Assembly (NCBI RefSeq): GCF_036321535.1
Contig: NC_087437.1
Coordinates: 34,784,001 to 34,848,000, forward strand
Direction: 5' to 3'
DNA from: Camelus dromedarius
Lineage: Eukaryota
Length of the DNA: 64,000 bases
Shown here: in pieces, positions 24,825 through 36,849 of the stretch
Layout: every line of letters starts with the position of its first letter
Position numbering within the stretch: position 1 is the first letter of the stretch
The notes under the pieces: model-generated
The model's input: the letters and a program-made list of their open reading frames with translations, nothing else
Told to the model about the DNA's origin: nothing
Database searches by the model: none
Translations under genes and position numbers: made by a program

Positions 24825-26185
24825 TAGCTTCCTATTGAGTACAGCTTTGGCTACATTCCTTAGATTTGAGTGTGTGGTGTTTTGTTATTAATTTCAAATA
24901 CTTTGAATTAAATTAAAACTTTCATTTTTATTTTCTCAGTGGCTCATGACATTTTCTAGTTCTCAGAATCTCTTAAGTGGTTAGATTTTTTGATTATCTA
25001 TTAAGCTTTTTTGATTTGTATTGTCTTCAGGTCAGAAAAAAATAACTGAACTACTCTTAGTTTAGGAATTTATTAATGTTTTCTATGTGGCTTATTAAAT
25101 AATTTTTAGAAATATTCCATGGATATTTGAATTGAATATTCAAATGTAGGTGAATTTTCTAAAGAGTCAAGGGTACAAACTTGTTTATTAATCAGGTTTA
25201 TTAACTGGATTACTCTGATCGTCACATATTTTTTCTTTGTCTGAGGAGCTAACAAATTCTGAGAAAAGAATCTCCCACTGGTATTTTAGATTCATGAGAT
25301 TCTTCTCACATTTCTCAGTTTTTTTCTTCATATAATCTGATACTCTGTGTTTGGTGTATAAAAGTTTGTGATTTTATATCTTCTTGGATTATTCCTGTTT
25401 TCAGTATAAAATATCTATCTTTGCTCCCCTTAGGTTTTTTGCTTTAAATTTGCTGTATTATGACAATTGTCAGAGCTTATCTGTTTGATATCAGATACAT
25501 TGTACCCAACCTTTTGTGTCGTTTGGTTTTCGGGTTGTCTTTTATATTCGCAGCTCTCTACTCAATCAGATGGTCTTTAAAAATGTAACCAATTAACACT
25601 TGTTTTGATTATTTGTATGATAGGTCTTATGCCTAACATTTTATTTTGTATTTTCTGATAGTTTTCTGGTGTGCTTTGTTTTAGCTTTCTTTTCTTTCTT
25701 TGACTTTATTGATTTCTTTAAAAATGCTTGAAAATTATGTATTCTTTTACTTTTCTATCAAGGGGCTTTTAATCAATACATATATACTTTATAAATATCA
25801 AAAATAAAAAATATCTATAACCTCCTAATGAACACTTAGTTAGCATGCTTTAATTTATCCTTTCTTCTTCCCCCTTCCTTCAAAACTTCAAATATTTTAT
25901 AGAAATAATCTGAAATTTTATTTCCACATCACTACCCATATAGTGGGTATATGGGTATATTTTACCTATATGTTTTTTCTCCTTGAAAAAATTTTTCTTA
26001 ACAATTATATAAACACAGCCACAGTATGATAACTGCATATTTTTAACTTCGAGTTTCACTGTGTTCGTTGCTCACAGCCATTTCATGCCTGTGGTAAGGT
26101 CTATTTCATGAGTTTTTAATTTAGATTAATTTCTCATTTGGCTGCAGCATTCCCTCAAGTATTTTCTCCAGAAGGGATAAATGTG
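24825..26185 (-). mobile_element. Very old L1 (L1M/L1ME-type) endonuclease/ORF1-region remnant
   Basis: Degenerate antisense L1 landmarks: 'ttcctattgagtacagctttggctacattccttagattt', 'ttttctatgtggc', 'aatctcccact', 'tttggtgtataaaagttt'. Confidence 0.65.
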
Positions 26186-26199
26186 TGGACAGTGTCATT

Positions 26200-27210
26200 G
26201 CTACCACCAGTGACTTCTATATCACTATACCTGGTGATCAGTTCTTTTTCTTCATCTTACTTAAGCTCTCTGTAGCAACTGACAAATAAGTACCTTCTCT
26301 TGTCTTCATTTGGCTTCTAAGATGCCACTTTCTTTTGATTCTCCTTTGAGCTCACTGGACATTACTTCTTTGCTGGTTTTTCTTCATCTCCCCAGTCTCT
26401 TTATGGTGAGATGTCCCAGGGCTCATTCCTCAACTCTCTTTTCTTCTGTTTACTCTCATCCCATAGGTGATCTCATCCAGGTTCATGGCGGTTAACACCA
26501 TCCGTATAAATCCAAAGTTACATCTTTGGCTTAGACCTCTCCTGTGAATGCGTATCTCCCATTGTACACTTGATATCTCAAACATGCCTCAAACGGAACT
26601 CCCAGTCTCCCCATCAAAACCTGGAGTTTCCTAAGTGTTACTCATCTTGTTAAGTGGCAAACCTAGCATTGTGGTTGCCCAAGGCAAAGACATTGGAGTC
26701 ATCTGGGTCATCAGGCAAGATAAAACCTTGAGGCTGTCAAATTCATTGGGAAGTCTTATAGGCTCTACCTTCCAAAATATACCTAGACTTAGACAACTTT
26801 TTAACCACCTCCCTGGTCACACCACCTGGTCGCAGTCACTACCATCTATTGCTGTTTTTTCCTGGCCTCCTAGCTGGTTTCTCTACTTCCACCTTTGACC
26901 CTCTACAGCTCACTCTCCACACAGCAGCCAGCCAGCCAGCATCCATTTCACTAATAGTCAAAGTCCACATCCTTGTAACATGAGATCTGTACCCACCCTA
27001 CGCCAAACTCATCTTGTAAAACTCTCCTCCTCACCCAGTCTTCTCTGACTATGCTGACCTCCTTGTTGTTCCTCCTGAACGCTCTCCCCCAGGTACCAGC
27101 GTGGTTCCCTTCTTCACTTCCTTCTGGTCTCTCCTCACAGGTTACCTTATCGCCAGTACTTGGACCCTGCCTCATGTGTCATAGTTCCTTAATACATGTT
27201 TGTGGATGTC
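26200..27210 (+). mobile_element. L2 LINE (~1 kb)
   Basis: 'tcttcatcttactt...ttggcttctaagatgcca...ggtgatctcatccagg...agacctctcctgtgaa...gctctaccttccaaaatatacctaga...tctccacacagcagcca'. Confidence 0.85.
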
Positions 27211-28469
27211 TGTGCATAGTTGAAAAGTGATTTTTAAAATAATGACTGGTGTAAAATTTCATGTCCTTTTTATTCTAGAACTCTGATCAGACCAGTGTGG
27301 ATAAGTTCGATCTCATTTACTCGTATCTTCCAACAAATTTCCTTAAAATTGATTTTCAGTGCTAATTCATGCTTATAATTATTGTTTGTCTTATTTTCAT
27401 CATCGTCATAGGATTCCTTAGAAGGATAGGAGGTAAAGGTACAGACTCAATTCTGAATCTTTAAAACAGAAATACATAAAATGTGTTTGGATTTAACCAA
27501 TTCCAACCGTATCTATTCATTTGAAAAATTAAATATTTCTCGGAGTGTATATGTTTGTTTTAATTTAAGTCTAATGGCAATGTTCAGTGGTGTGTATGGA
27601 TTTTCAGAACCTTTCGCAATAATTCCACAGCCCTGGGGTTTAGAAAACATTGTTGTGAATACATAGCAGAAACACAGTTGTGAGGAATGGTGGAAACACA
27701 GCTGTTAGGTGGTATCTCTTAAGGGTAGAATATTTTCATCTAGAGGAACCCAGTCTTCTTATTTCATACTAGAAAACCATTTTAGGTCTTTCCCTGATAG
27801 TATCTTTGAAAATTCAGGCTAAGAAATAGAAGTATAGGAGAAAAAAAAGAGTAGGCAGCTCTTCAGAGATGTTACAGAGATTATATTTGCCTTCATTTTC
27901 TGAAGACTGTAGAGAAATGGTTGATAAGAGAGCTCAAAGGGTGCTGTCCTAGCATAGTATGTGAACTGTACCCATTTATGACACCTGTTTTACTTCTTCA
28001 TTTTTGTTGTTATTGTCCAAAGAAAGCCAGTGTTCTGCATTGGGTAGGTTTCTGGAGACAGTTCACACTCAAACAGTTTTATGATGCTGAGAATTTAAAT
28101 AGTAATTTTTTTTACATGTTTTGTGATTTTTCTGAATATGGAACTAGCATGTCCTAAAAGTGAAGTTTGGAGAGAGATAGCTTTTTTTCCCCAGAAAGTT
28201 TTATTTATTTACTTTTCTAAACATTTAGTTTTTCTTCCAACATTTTTAGATTCAACCATCAGCTGCAGAAGACTTTTTTACACTTGTGTGGATAACCTTG
28301 AGTTACATCTCTGCTGTGTTACTTGTAGTACTCCTCTGCCCCTCATATATATACCATTTAAGGCATATACCTCACTAGACTAACATTCAGTACAAGAGTC
28401 TGCAAAGTCAAAGATTGAGAGGCTTTAGATAACGTTTCACTTGCTCTGAAAAGAGAGAAAGCATGAAAG

Positions 28470-28665
28470 AAAGGGCTTAGATTTGGAATCAGACAACTTG
28501 AGTTTGAACCCATCCCTGCTTCCTGTGAATTCACTTTTTGGACATTGGACAAGTTAATTAACCTCTCTAAACCTTCCTTACATATCTGTAAAAAGATGGC
28601 TAATACTACCCATCTTGTTAGCTTGTGAAGACTGGAGACAATGTGTATGAAATTCATTGCTCAGG
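28470..28665 (+). mobile_element. MIR SINE (3' tail resumes at about 29075-29105, after the MLT2 LTR)
   Basis: 'tttggaatcagacaacttgagtttgaaccc...ttggacaagttaattaacctctctaaacct'. Confidence 0.8.
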
Positions 28666-28687
28666 GTTAGTTATGAAATAATGGCTT

Positions 28688-29073
28688 GCCAGGGTTCTTG
28701 AGAGAAACAGAATCAATAGGGGTGTGTGTGTGTGTGTGTGTGTGTGTTGAGACTAGGTTTAAAGAATTAGCTCATGTGACTGTGGCGGCTAGAAAGTCCA
28801 AAAATCTGTAGAACAGGTTGGTAGACTGGACAAATAGGGTTTATATGTTACAGTTTGAGAAAGAATTCCTTCTCTGGGGAAACTGTTTATGTTCTTTAGG
28901 CCTTCAATAGATTAGGCACACATTATTATGAGTAATCTTATTTACTTAAAGTCAACTGATTGTGATGTTAATTACATCTACAAAATATTTTCACAGCAAC
29001 ATTTAGGTTTCCGTTTGACCAGAGAACTGGGCACCATAACCTGGCCAAGTTGGCATATAAAATTTAACCATCT
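28688..29073 (-). mobile_element. ERVL solo LTR, MLT2D-like
   Basis: 'agggttcttgagagaaacagaatcaatagg...aagaattagctcatgtgactgtgg...tttacttaaagtcaactgatt...cctggccaagttggcatataaaatttaaccatc'. Confidence 0.9.
28722..28747. repeat. (GT)13 microsatellite within MLT2
   Basis: Directly visible. Confidence 0.95.
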
Positions 29074-29134
29074 TACTAGATACTTAATAAATAGTACCTA
29101 TTATTTTAGGGATAATATATTACTTCAATTATCA

Positions 29135-29290
29135 TTATTTATTCACTGAACATTTATTAAGGGTTTACCATATTTCAGGCATGCTTTAGGTATTTGTGTG
29201 GGTGGATGATAAATAAAATATGCTACTTGTTCTGTAGGAGTTTATATTCTAGTGGGAAAGACAGCAAGTCAAAGAGATACAGTGTAAGAG
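29135..29290 (-). mobile_element. L2 3' end fragment
   Basis: 'attcactgaacatttattaagggtttaccatat...ggagtttatattctagtgggaaagaca'. Confidence 0.7.
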
Positions 29291-29769
29291 GAATTATGGA
29301 TAGATACATAACACTATGAAATAAATATGTATGCTATTGGTATTATACCTGTATTGATATTTATCTTTATCAAATTCTATCTATGTATCCATCCATCATT
29401 CATCTGCCCATCCATTCATCTGTCTGATCAGCAGGGCCTTGTTTCCATCTTTGCTCTGTGTTGGAGGGAAGAGGAAAATTGTCTTGAATGAACCTACTCT
29501 GGATAAGCATTGGTTGATGCCTTTGGGCAAATGAACCCCAACCATGATTGTAGTGTGTCAGGCAGCTATGTTGTTTACAAAGGTGTTGCAGAGACCCTCT
29601 TCAGAAGCAACGCATGAGTAATATACTTCACCTGTGTCTACCACAGCTAAAGTTTTCTTCCCCTATAAGCTTCCGTGTTGTTCTGTATAATGTGTGCTAT
29701 TACATTATGGCTTATCCATAGGGTAAAATATTATGATGTTATTAAGTCATTCTAAAATAATATTTGACA

Positions 29770-29980
29770 TTTTTACACTTGGTTAGGAAAAAGTTAATAT
29801 AAAATGCTATGTGGTATAACCTTTATATGTATTGAAAATGACTGGAAAAGACTACAAGAAAAAGTTCACAGTAGCTATTTTTGGATGGAGGGATTATAGT
29901 TGGTTTTGATTGACTGTTTAATATATTTCTGTATGTCTTAAATTTTCTGATATGAATATTTATTACTTTTTCCTCTTTTT
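29770..29980 (+). mobile_element. L1ME-type 3'UTR fragment
   Basis: 'actggaaaag...acagtagctatttttggatggagggattatag...tttctgtatgtcttaaattttct'. Confidence 0.6.
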
Positions 29981-29989
29981 TATTGTGAT

Positions 29990-31450
29990 AAAATCCCTTG
30001 TGAAATGTCTTGTATGTGATGATTCGCGTCTCTCTGGCTGCTTTCAAGATTCTGTCTTTGTCGTATTAAAGTTTGATTTATAACGTGTCTTGTGTGTGTG
30101 TGTCTCTAAGTTCATGTTACTTGAAGTTTCTTGGGTTTCTTGGATGTTTATATTCATGCCTTTCATCAAGTTTGGGGGGTTTTCAGCTTAAGTTCTTCAA
30201 ATATTCTCTCTCCCCTTTTCTCTCTTTCTTCTCTGTCTGGAGCTCCCAGGATGCAGACATTGGTCTACTTGATGGCATCCCACATGTCCCTTAGGCTCTG
30301 TTCACTTTTCTTCAATGTTTTTTTTCTGTACCTTAGTCTAAATAATTTTCATTGTCTTATCTTCAAGTTCACTGATTCTTTTTTCTGCCTGCTCAGATCT
30401 GCTTTCTGAATCCCTCTAGTAAATTTTTCATTTTGATTATTGTACTTTTTAGCTGCTGAATTTCTTTTTGGTTTCTTTTTAGGCTTTCTGTCTCCTTTAT
30501 TGATATTTACATTTTATTCACACATCCTTTTCTTGATTTTCTCCACATCTTCATTTAGTTCTTTAAACATCTTAGTGCATCTGTCATTAAGTCTTTTTCA
30601 GAGTCAGTTTCTGTTGGTTTTTTATTTTTCTTTTGAATGGGACATACTTTCCTATTTCCTTGTATGTCTTATAATTTTGTTGTTGTTGTTTTTGTTGTTG
30701 GACATTTGAACCTAATAATGTGCTAACTCTGGAAATCAGATTCTTCCCTTTCCCAAGAGTTGGCTGGGTTTTTTGTTGTTGTTGTTACTGGGTTTTTGTT
30801 GTTGTTGTTGTTTGTTTTATTTTGTTTTGTATAGTTGTAGGACATCTCTGTCAATGATTGGCCTGAGATGTAAACTTAATGTTTTTTTCAGGTCTTGTCT
30901 CAGCCTTTCCCTGGGCATGTGCAGTCACTTTCTAATTTTCCCTGTGTGTGCAGTTGTGTGCCCTAGTTTTTAATGTCTGGCTTCCAAAATAGGAAGAAGT
31001 GAAAATGAAGAGGGGGGAAGATCACTAGCTCTTTAAATCCCCTGGAAGTCACTTCAGCCAGAAGGGGAGGGGCTTACAACATTGAGGGAAGATGCAAAAG
31101 CAATGTTTTTTCTGTACCTCTGTGATCTGAAGCAGCAAACAGCAACCAGTCTCCAGATCACCAGTGTTTGGAAGACAGGGTCCTTTTTACTCACTCTCTC
31201 TCTCATAAACTGTGTGCAAGCTGCTTTAGGAACAAGGGTATAGCTGCCTGCCATGTGGCTAGGGGTTAGAGGTGAGCAAGCGCTACTGTGTTAAGAGCTG
31301 AAATTGATTGTCCAAGAAATTACAATCCTTCAACAGATTCCATTGAGTTCCAAAATAGTTATTATGTCAGACAGATTCTGCCAGTGTAGTTATTGTCTAG
31401 GTGAGGAGACAGATTCCTGGTGCTTCCTACTCGGCTATCTTAGCAGAATT
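29990..31450 (-). mobile_element. L1M (L1MC/L1MD-type) ORF1 and 5' end remnant
   Basis: 'cttgtatgtgatga...ctggctgctttcaagattct...ttcttcaaatattct...cttaggctctgttcacttttcttcaat...ctgcctgctcagatctgct...ctctggaaatcagattct'. Confidence 0.88.
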
Positions 31451-31985
31451 CTCTCCTATTATTTTTATATCAGAGAAAAATATGGAATTGAAGGGGAACA
31501 GTTAATTTCTTTGATATATTCCTAAGCAAAATACACAAGTTTGTATAAAATAATATGAAAGCTACCTGTATTTCCAAAATTTCTTGGTATTTACTAAGTA
31601 TTGCAGCATTTGGCATTACTAAATTCAGAAAAGGAAAGATAAGGCACCATGTATAAATTTTTGTGAGATTTTTGAATTGACGGTAGTAAATAAAAGAGAG
31701 GCTGCCTACCAAAAGCTAATCAACTTTATTAAGAAACTTGTTGCTTAGTGTTTGTAGGAAGGATGAATAATGAAACAATCCGTATTTCACTTTATATGTG
31801 AAAGGATCTTTAGGGTGTAAGTATAGGATTATTTTCTAGTGAATAAGTGAAAGCCAGAGAGAAAGAGAACTGGGCATGATGCGAATGGACAGGAAATTTT
31901 TTGATTGCTGGTTATCTGCTCCAACCCTCCTGGGTATGGAGACAGTGTGGACAGTGGATGTGGCATACCATCCAGTGTTCTAAAC

Positions 31986-32144
31986 CAGTGTTTTCAAAGT
32001 GTGGTTGCCTGGCTGCCACATCTTCATCAGCACCACCGCCACCCGAGAACTGTTAGAAGGCAAGGTCTACTTGGGGAGGCAGTCTTCTGCATTTGAGAAG
32101 CCCTCCGGGTGATTCTGATGCATGTTAACAGTTGAGAACCACTG
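31986..32144. mobile_element. MER5A (hAT-Charlie) with internal deletion
   Basis: Termini 'cagtgttttcaaagtgtgg' and 'ttgagaaccactg'; flanks ttctaaac / ttctatag resemble the NTCTAGAN-type hAT TSD. Confidence 0.85.
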
Positions 32145-33784
32145 TTCTATAGGAAGGGTCCTTAACTTGAAGTTCAATATTGACAGTATTCCTTTCTGTT
32201 CTTTGTTCTATTTGAGAGTCTTTCCTATATATGTATTTTAGGAAGTGGATATGTCATACCTTTTTACCCCGTCTAATTGATCTTCGCAACATTTGGGTGA
32301 GGTTGCAAAGGAATGTGAGATATAGAACTGAAATGAATGTTTAAAAGCTCTGGAGGTAGTGTCAGAAATAGAATCAAGTCTTCTAGATTCAGAACTCTAC
32401 CCACAGGAACAGTGCATGCTCAGATTTTCTTGTCAGCAAACTGACAAATTACAAACATTAATCATGGAAGATTTTTGTTGATTTTTGTTCTGCTTTTCTT
32501 TTAATTACTCAAGAAGTAATTAATGTTCATTAGTTAAAATTGTTAATTAGCTGAAAATTGTCTTGCAGTGTTTTGTCTCTTTGTTTGTCACAGCCCATTG
32601 CTATTTATCCTTAGTTCTAGGTCCCCGGTACTGACAAATAAAACCTTTTTGGGGGCCTTAGGGTGAGTCTCGAGAACGAAGGTCCTCTACCAGTTACTTC
32701 TTACTGAGCCCTATCTTACCTTGAATGGTAAGAGACCAAGATCAGTGCCTTAAGACATTTATTTGATTTCATCTTTATTTTCTTTTGAAGTTCAGACTTA
32801 TTTTTCCGGTAACTGTGGTGAAATGAAAGCCAACAGAAAAATCAGGAACATGGTGTGTGACGACAAAAATCAGTTGAGATTTATGGCAGCACAACCTGTG
32901 GATAAAATATAGTGAAATACAGTGCCACTTAGGGCAAATAGTAAGAACAGTGGACACTCAAGAGTGTTCCAACAGCTGATGTGAGTGGAAGACTCATCAG
33001 CTAAAGCAATTTATCAGCCAGATGAATCCATTTTCTTACACAAACTGGATATACAGTACATACCATATAAGGGCAAGGGTGTTTTTTAGGTTAATATCCA
33101 TTAGAAGAAGGCTTTGAAATAAAACAATTCATTTCAATGCCACTAAGTTACATTTTCTAAATTTGATGTAGTTCTGTGTTTTGGGATTAAATTGCTCTTT
33201 GATGGACAGAAGCTAACTAAAATAAACATGCTAATTATTGTTTTTTAAATCATAGTACTTTTTCAGATAACTTGGTTTTAATTAACTCTCTTGAATGGCG
33301 TATAAGTTCTTGTCCTCAACCTTTCTATTAGCAGAATTTTAATTCTAGGCATTTTCACCTCTTTCTATCTCTCCCTTTTTTTTTTTTTACAATATACCTT
33401 TTAAAATTAAAAAAAAAAGAAAGTTGATGAGGGGTGTGTGTGATTTTTATAGCAGAATAAAATCCCAATAACCTTCTTTGATTTTTTTTTCTCATACGAG
33501 CAAATAATCTCAGTTTTAAACGGGTTTTCTATTTTCATTTAAGCACAGACCACTATCCATATTCTGGAAGCCTGTCCTAGACTATGAAGCCAGAATAGAC
33601 AGGATACCTTGGACAGGATTTGATTTGGAGAGTTTCGTATCAGATTGGCACAAGGAGCTAATGAGGCAGGGGTGTCAGTTTGATATCCTAGGAATCATTT
33701 GCTTCTCATTCTTCTGTTCTTTAGGTAAGGTGTGAGCTCCATTAAACAGATATTTAATACATTTGTATTCCAGTGATGTCATCA

Positions 33785-34030
33785 TCCTCATCAATAACAT
33801 TTATATAGAGCTTACAGTATGGTAGACACTGTATGAGGTGATTTACATGTATTATCTGGTTTGTCTTCATAGCAGTCCTGTTGCAAAAAGGATATTATTG
33901 TCCCCATTTTAGAAAAGAATGAAGCTCAGGGAGGTTATCACCTTGCCCATTGTCACAGTTAGAAAGTGACAGCACTGGGATTTGAACCCAGATATATTGG
34001 ATTTCAGAGCTCTTAAGCATTAGGCTGGAA
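33785..34030 (-). mobile_element. MIR SINE
   Basis: 'taacatttatatagagcttac...tattattgtccccattttaga...gctcagggaggtta...ctgggatttgaacccaga'. Confidence 0.85.
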
Positions 34031-34487
34031 CACTTCATAAGAGATGGATTATGGTACCAGGAAAAAAAGATTTCAAAACATGATATATGGGAAGTAAAAC
34101 ATAATCCAGAGCTGAACATTACCTTGGAGAGGTCACTGTCTAGGATAATATGCTTACATTTCTAAAAAGAGAAAGCTGACGCCTAGAAAAGTCATGGGAC
34201 ATGTTCATGTTGACACAGCTAGTGTGGGGTAGAGCCAATCTGGAGCCGAGGTCACTTTGAGAGCAGTGCTGTTTCCATCCCCCTTGGTGTGTCTGTCTTC
34301 CGTGGCAGGGAAGAGCTTGGTATACTCCCAGTGTAGAAGAGGGATAGATGATAAGGGTAAGACTACGATCTATTGCATTAGGAAGGCTAAGCTCAAGTTA
34401 TTGGCCAAATTCGTACTGACCTTACCTTTTAAAAGTATCAGTGCTACATTGCTACTAGCTGTCATCATAATTGGATCTTATGAGAAT

Positions 34488-34641
34488 GGAGAGAGAGAGG
34501 GAGAAAGGGAGAGAAGGAAACAGAGAGAGACAGAGAGGGAAGGAGGGAGGAGAGAGAGAGATAGACAGAGATGGGGGAGGGAGAGAAGGAGAGAGAGACA
34601 GAGACAGAGAGAAATAGAGACAGAGACAGAGACAGAGACAG
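34488..34641. repeat. GA-rich simple repeat, (GA)n/(GAGACA)n
   Basis: Directly visible; explains ORFs 34257-34724 and 34455-34649. Confidence 0.95.
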
Positions 34642-35029
34642 TCTTTCATGATAAGAGCAGTCCCCGTCTGCTGGTCCTGGAGTGCACCTGTGATGTGAGT
34701 TGTGAAGCTGCTGCTCCTCAGTGATCTTGTTTGCCTAGTGCTCTTGTGAGCCTCTTGTCATGCTGACTGTGAGTTTGGTGTTGAAAGACATGTTACATTT
34801 GGAACAGTAAAGAATGGATGTCATGTTTATACAAACAAATAATTTTTGTTGGATAGTTGCTTATCAGTTTCTTTGCTATTTTGTAAATACCCATAAACTT
34901 GGAGAGGAAAATCTGCTTGACAGAAGTTGAGGCCCTGTGTAATCTACTTACCATGACTTTCCTTTTTAAAAAGCATATCTGATATTTAGAAATAGTCATC
35001 ATAACACAGAAGCAAAGAGGATTGATGAA

Positions 35030-36160
35030 ACTTACTCACCAAATATTTATGAAGGCCTGCCTACCTAATGTGAATGCACAGAGATAAATAGTGTAAGGAA
35101 TATGCTTATTACCAGGACAGAGTCCTTGCTCTCAAACAGCTCACCACCAAGTAGAGCAGTTAAATGCTTGAGCAGCTAACTGTAATGATGAACAGAGTCC
35201 CATAAGTGCTCTGTGAAAGGCACAGGCTGTCTGCTCTTCTTTACAGAGTGCAGAGAGGGATCACAGAGGGGTTGGTACTTGAGTTGAGCCTGGAATAGTG
35301 ACTACGCTATGACAGTGAGGAGAGGATTCATTGTGAACTCAGGGAATGGTACGAATAAGGCACAGCTGGAACAAATATAAATGTGAAAGGGGGTGAACTC
35401 CTGGATGTGCAGACAATGGCAAGAGTAAAGGGTGTTCAGAAACATTTCATAAAAGGTTAGTCCAGCAAGAGAGAATAGGGCTGGATTGTCAGAGCCCTTG
35501 AGTGCTTTGCTAAGAGCTTTAATTTTCTTAATAGTGTCTAAGGATTTTTTTTTTTTTTTTTTTGGGAAAGGGAAGATAAATAGCAATAAAGTAAGGGATC
35601 AACCAGAGATGTAAGAGAATGGTTCAGAGAGGCTGTTGGCAATAGTGCAGGAAGGATGAGGGGGAGCTTTGCACATAGGCCATGGCATGGGAACAAACTG
35701 GAGACCACAGATGTGAGGCATCATGGGTGCTGATAATATAATAGATGTGGAGAGAGCTTCTTAATTTTCATTTGAGATGGTTGCTGTTCTCTAACAGGCC
35801 ATAGTTGACAAAGAAGGAAGTTAACAAGTTCAATTTTAGACTTCTTGAGTTTGAGGTATTGGAGCATTGGTCTGCTGTAAGTGTCCTTTGGACCCGTTGG
35901 ACAGGAGTTCAGGAGTTGCCTGGGCTCAGGGTGGAAATCTGGAACATCAGCCTGAAGGTGGATGTTAAAGCCATGAGAATAAATGAGTTCTCTCCCATGG
36001 AGAGAGTTCAGGGTGAAGGGCCAAAGAGAGAACTATTTAAGGAGAGGATGGACAAAAGGCCGTAAAGAAGACTGAGAAGGAGATATTGAAGAGTTAGGAG
36101 GAAAATCGGAGGACTGCAGTTGTCACAGAAGTCAGGGGGAGGGAGTTTTTAGAAGTCATC
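35030..36160 (-). mobile_element. L2 LINE fragments
   Basis: 'aaatatttatgaaggcctgcc...agtccttgctctc', 'ttgagttgagcctggaa', 'gttcaattttagacttcttgagtttgagg', 'aagaagactgagaaggag'. Confidence 0.75.
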
Positions 36161-36815
36161 AATATAATGTTAAGAGCTTAGGTTTATAGCAACTTGCAAA
36201 TTAGCTCTTTTTTTCCCAGGAGCTCTAAATTCTGCCCATCTAGGTGGGTTGAGGGGCTCTTCAGCATTTGCAGGAGTCACTGGTTCTCTAAAAACACGAC
36301 GATGATCCCTGTAGCCGAGATGCTCCCCTTAGTCCTGGGAGGAAAGAAGGGCGTGTGGCTGAAAAATCCGTTTGTGTCATGAAAGGCCCTGTCATGTGGT
36401 GTCAAATCCTGTCATGAAAATTAGCTCTCTTCCCCTTTAAGCCACCAGTGAAAGAAGAACCTGGCTGTTCCGTTAAAACATTGAACAGGTAGGGAGAACA
36501 ATAATGTCTTCTATTATGGATTCTTAATCTTGAAATACAATCAAAACTTGAAACAAGTTTTGTTTATGTTTCTTTCAGTTTAACTTCATGGCTTTTCTCT
36601 TTATTTTTTTAAAACTCAGTTGTTTTCTTAAATCTCATTTAATTTTTGTATGTGTGTGTGTGTTCAAAAGTTTTCTTAACAGCTGCTTCTGCTAAGTGAT
36701 CTCCTATAAAGTGTTTCTTTCAGTTTTTGTGCTTCTGGGGTTTTGTTTTTGTTTTTGTTTGTTTTTCTTCAGAGAAATCAAACTAACTTTATTTAATGTT
36801 ACATCTTTGTTGCAG

Positions 36816-36849
36816 GCTGCAGTAGGTAACCAAGATGATGTACACTGTG
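36816..36849 (+). other. Candidate 34-nt exon of the unidentified host gene
   Basis: Branch point ACTAAC 36782-36787, no intervening AG before TTGCAG| at 36815, donor GTG|GTGAGC at 36850; lies in non-repeat sequence. Confidence 0.4.

Noticed and set aside
32974..33002. Hammerhead ribozyme (CTGATGAG on the minus strand; also CTGATGAG plus a hairpin near 45616-45647)
   Set aside because: The required GAAA after stem II and the cleavage-site stems are absent in both places.
34257..34724. 155-aa ORF with Glu/Arg-rich region
   Set aside because: The charged region is the GA repeat, the ORF starts at TTG, and there is no other coding support.
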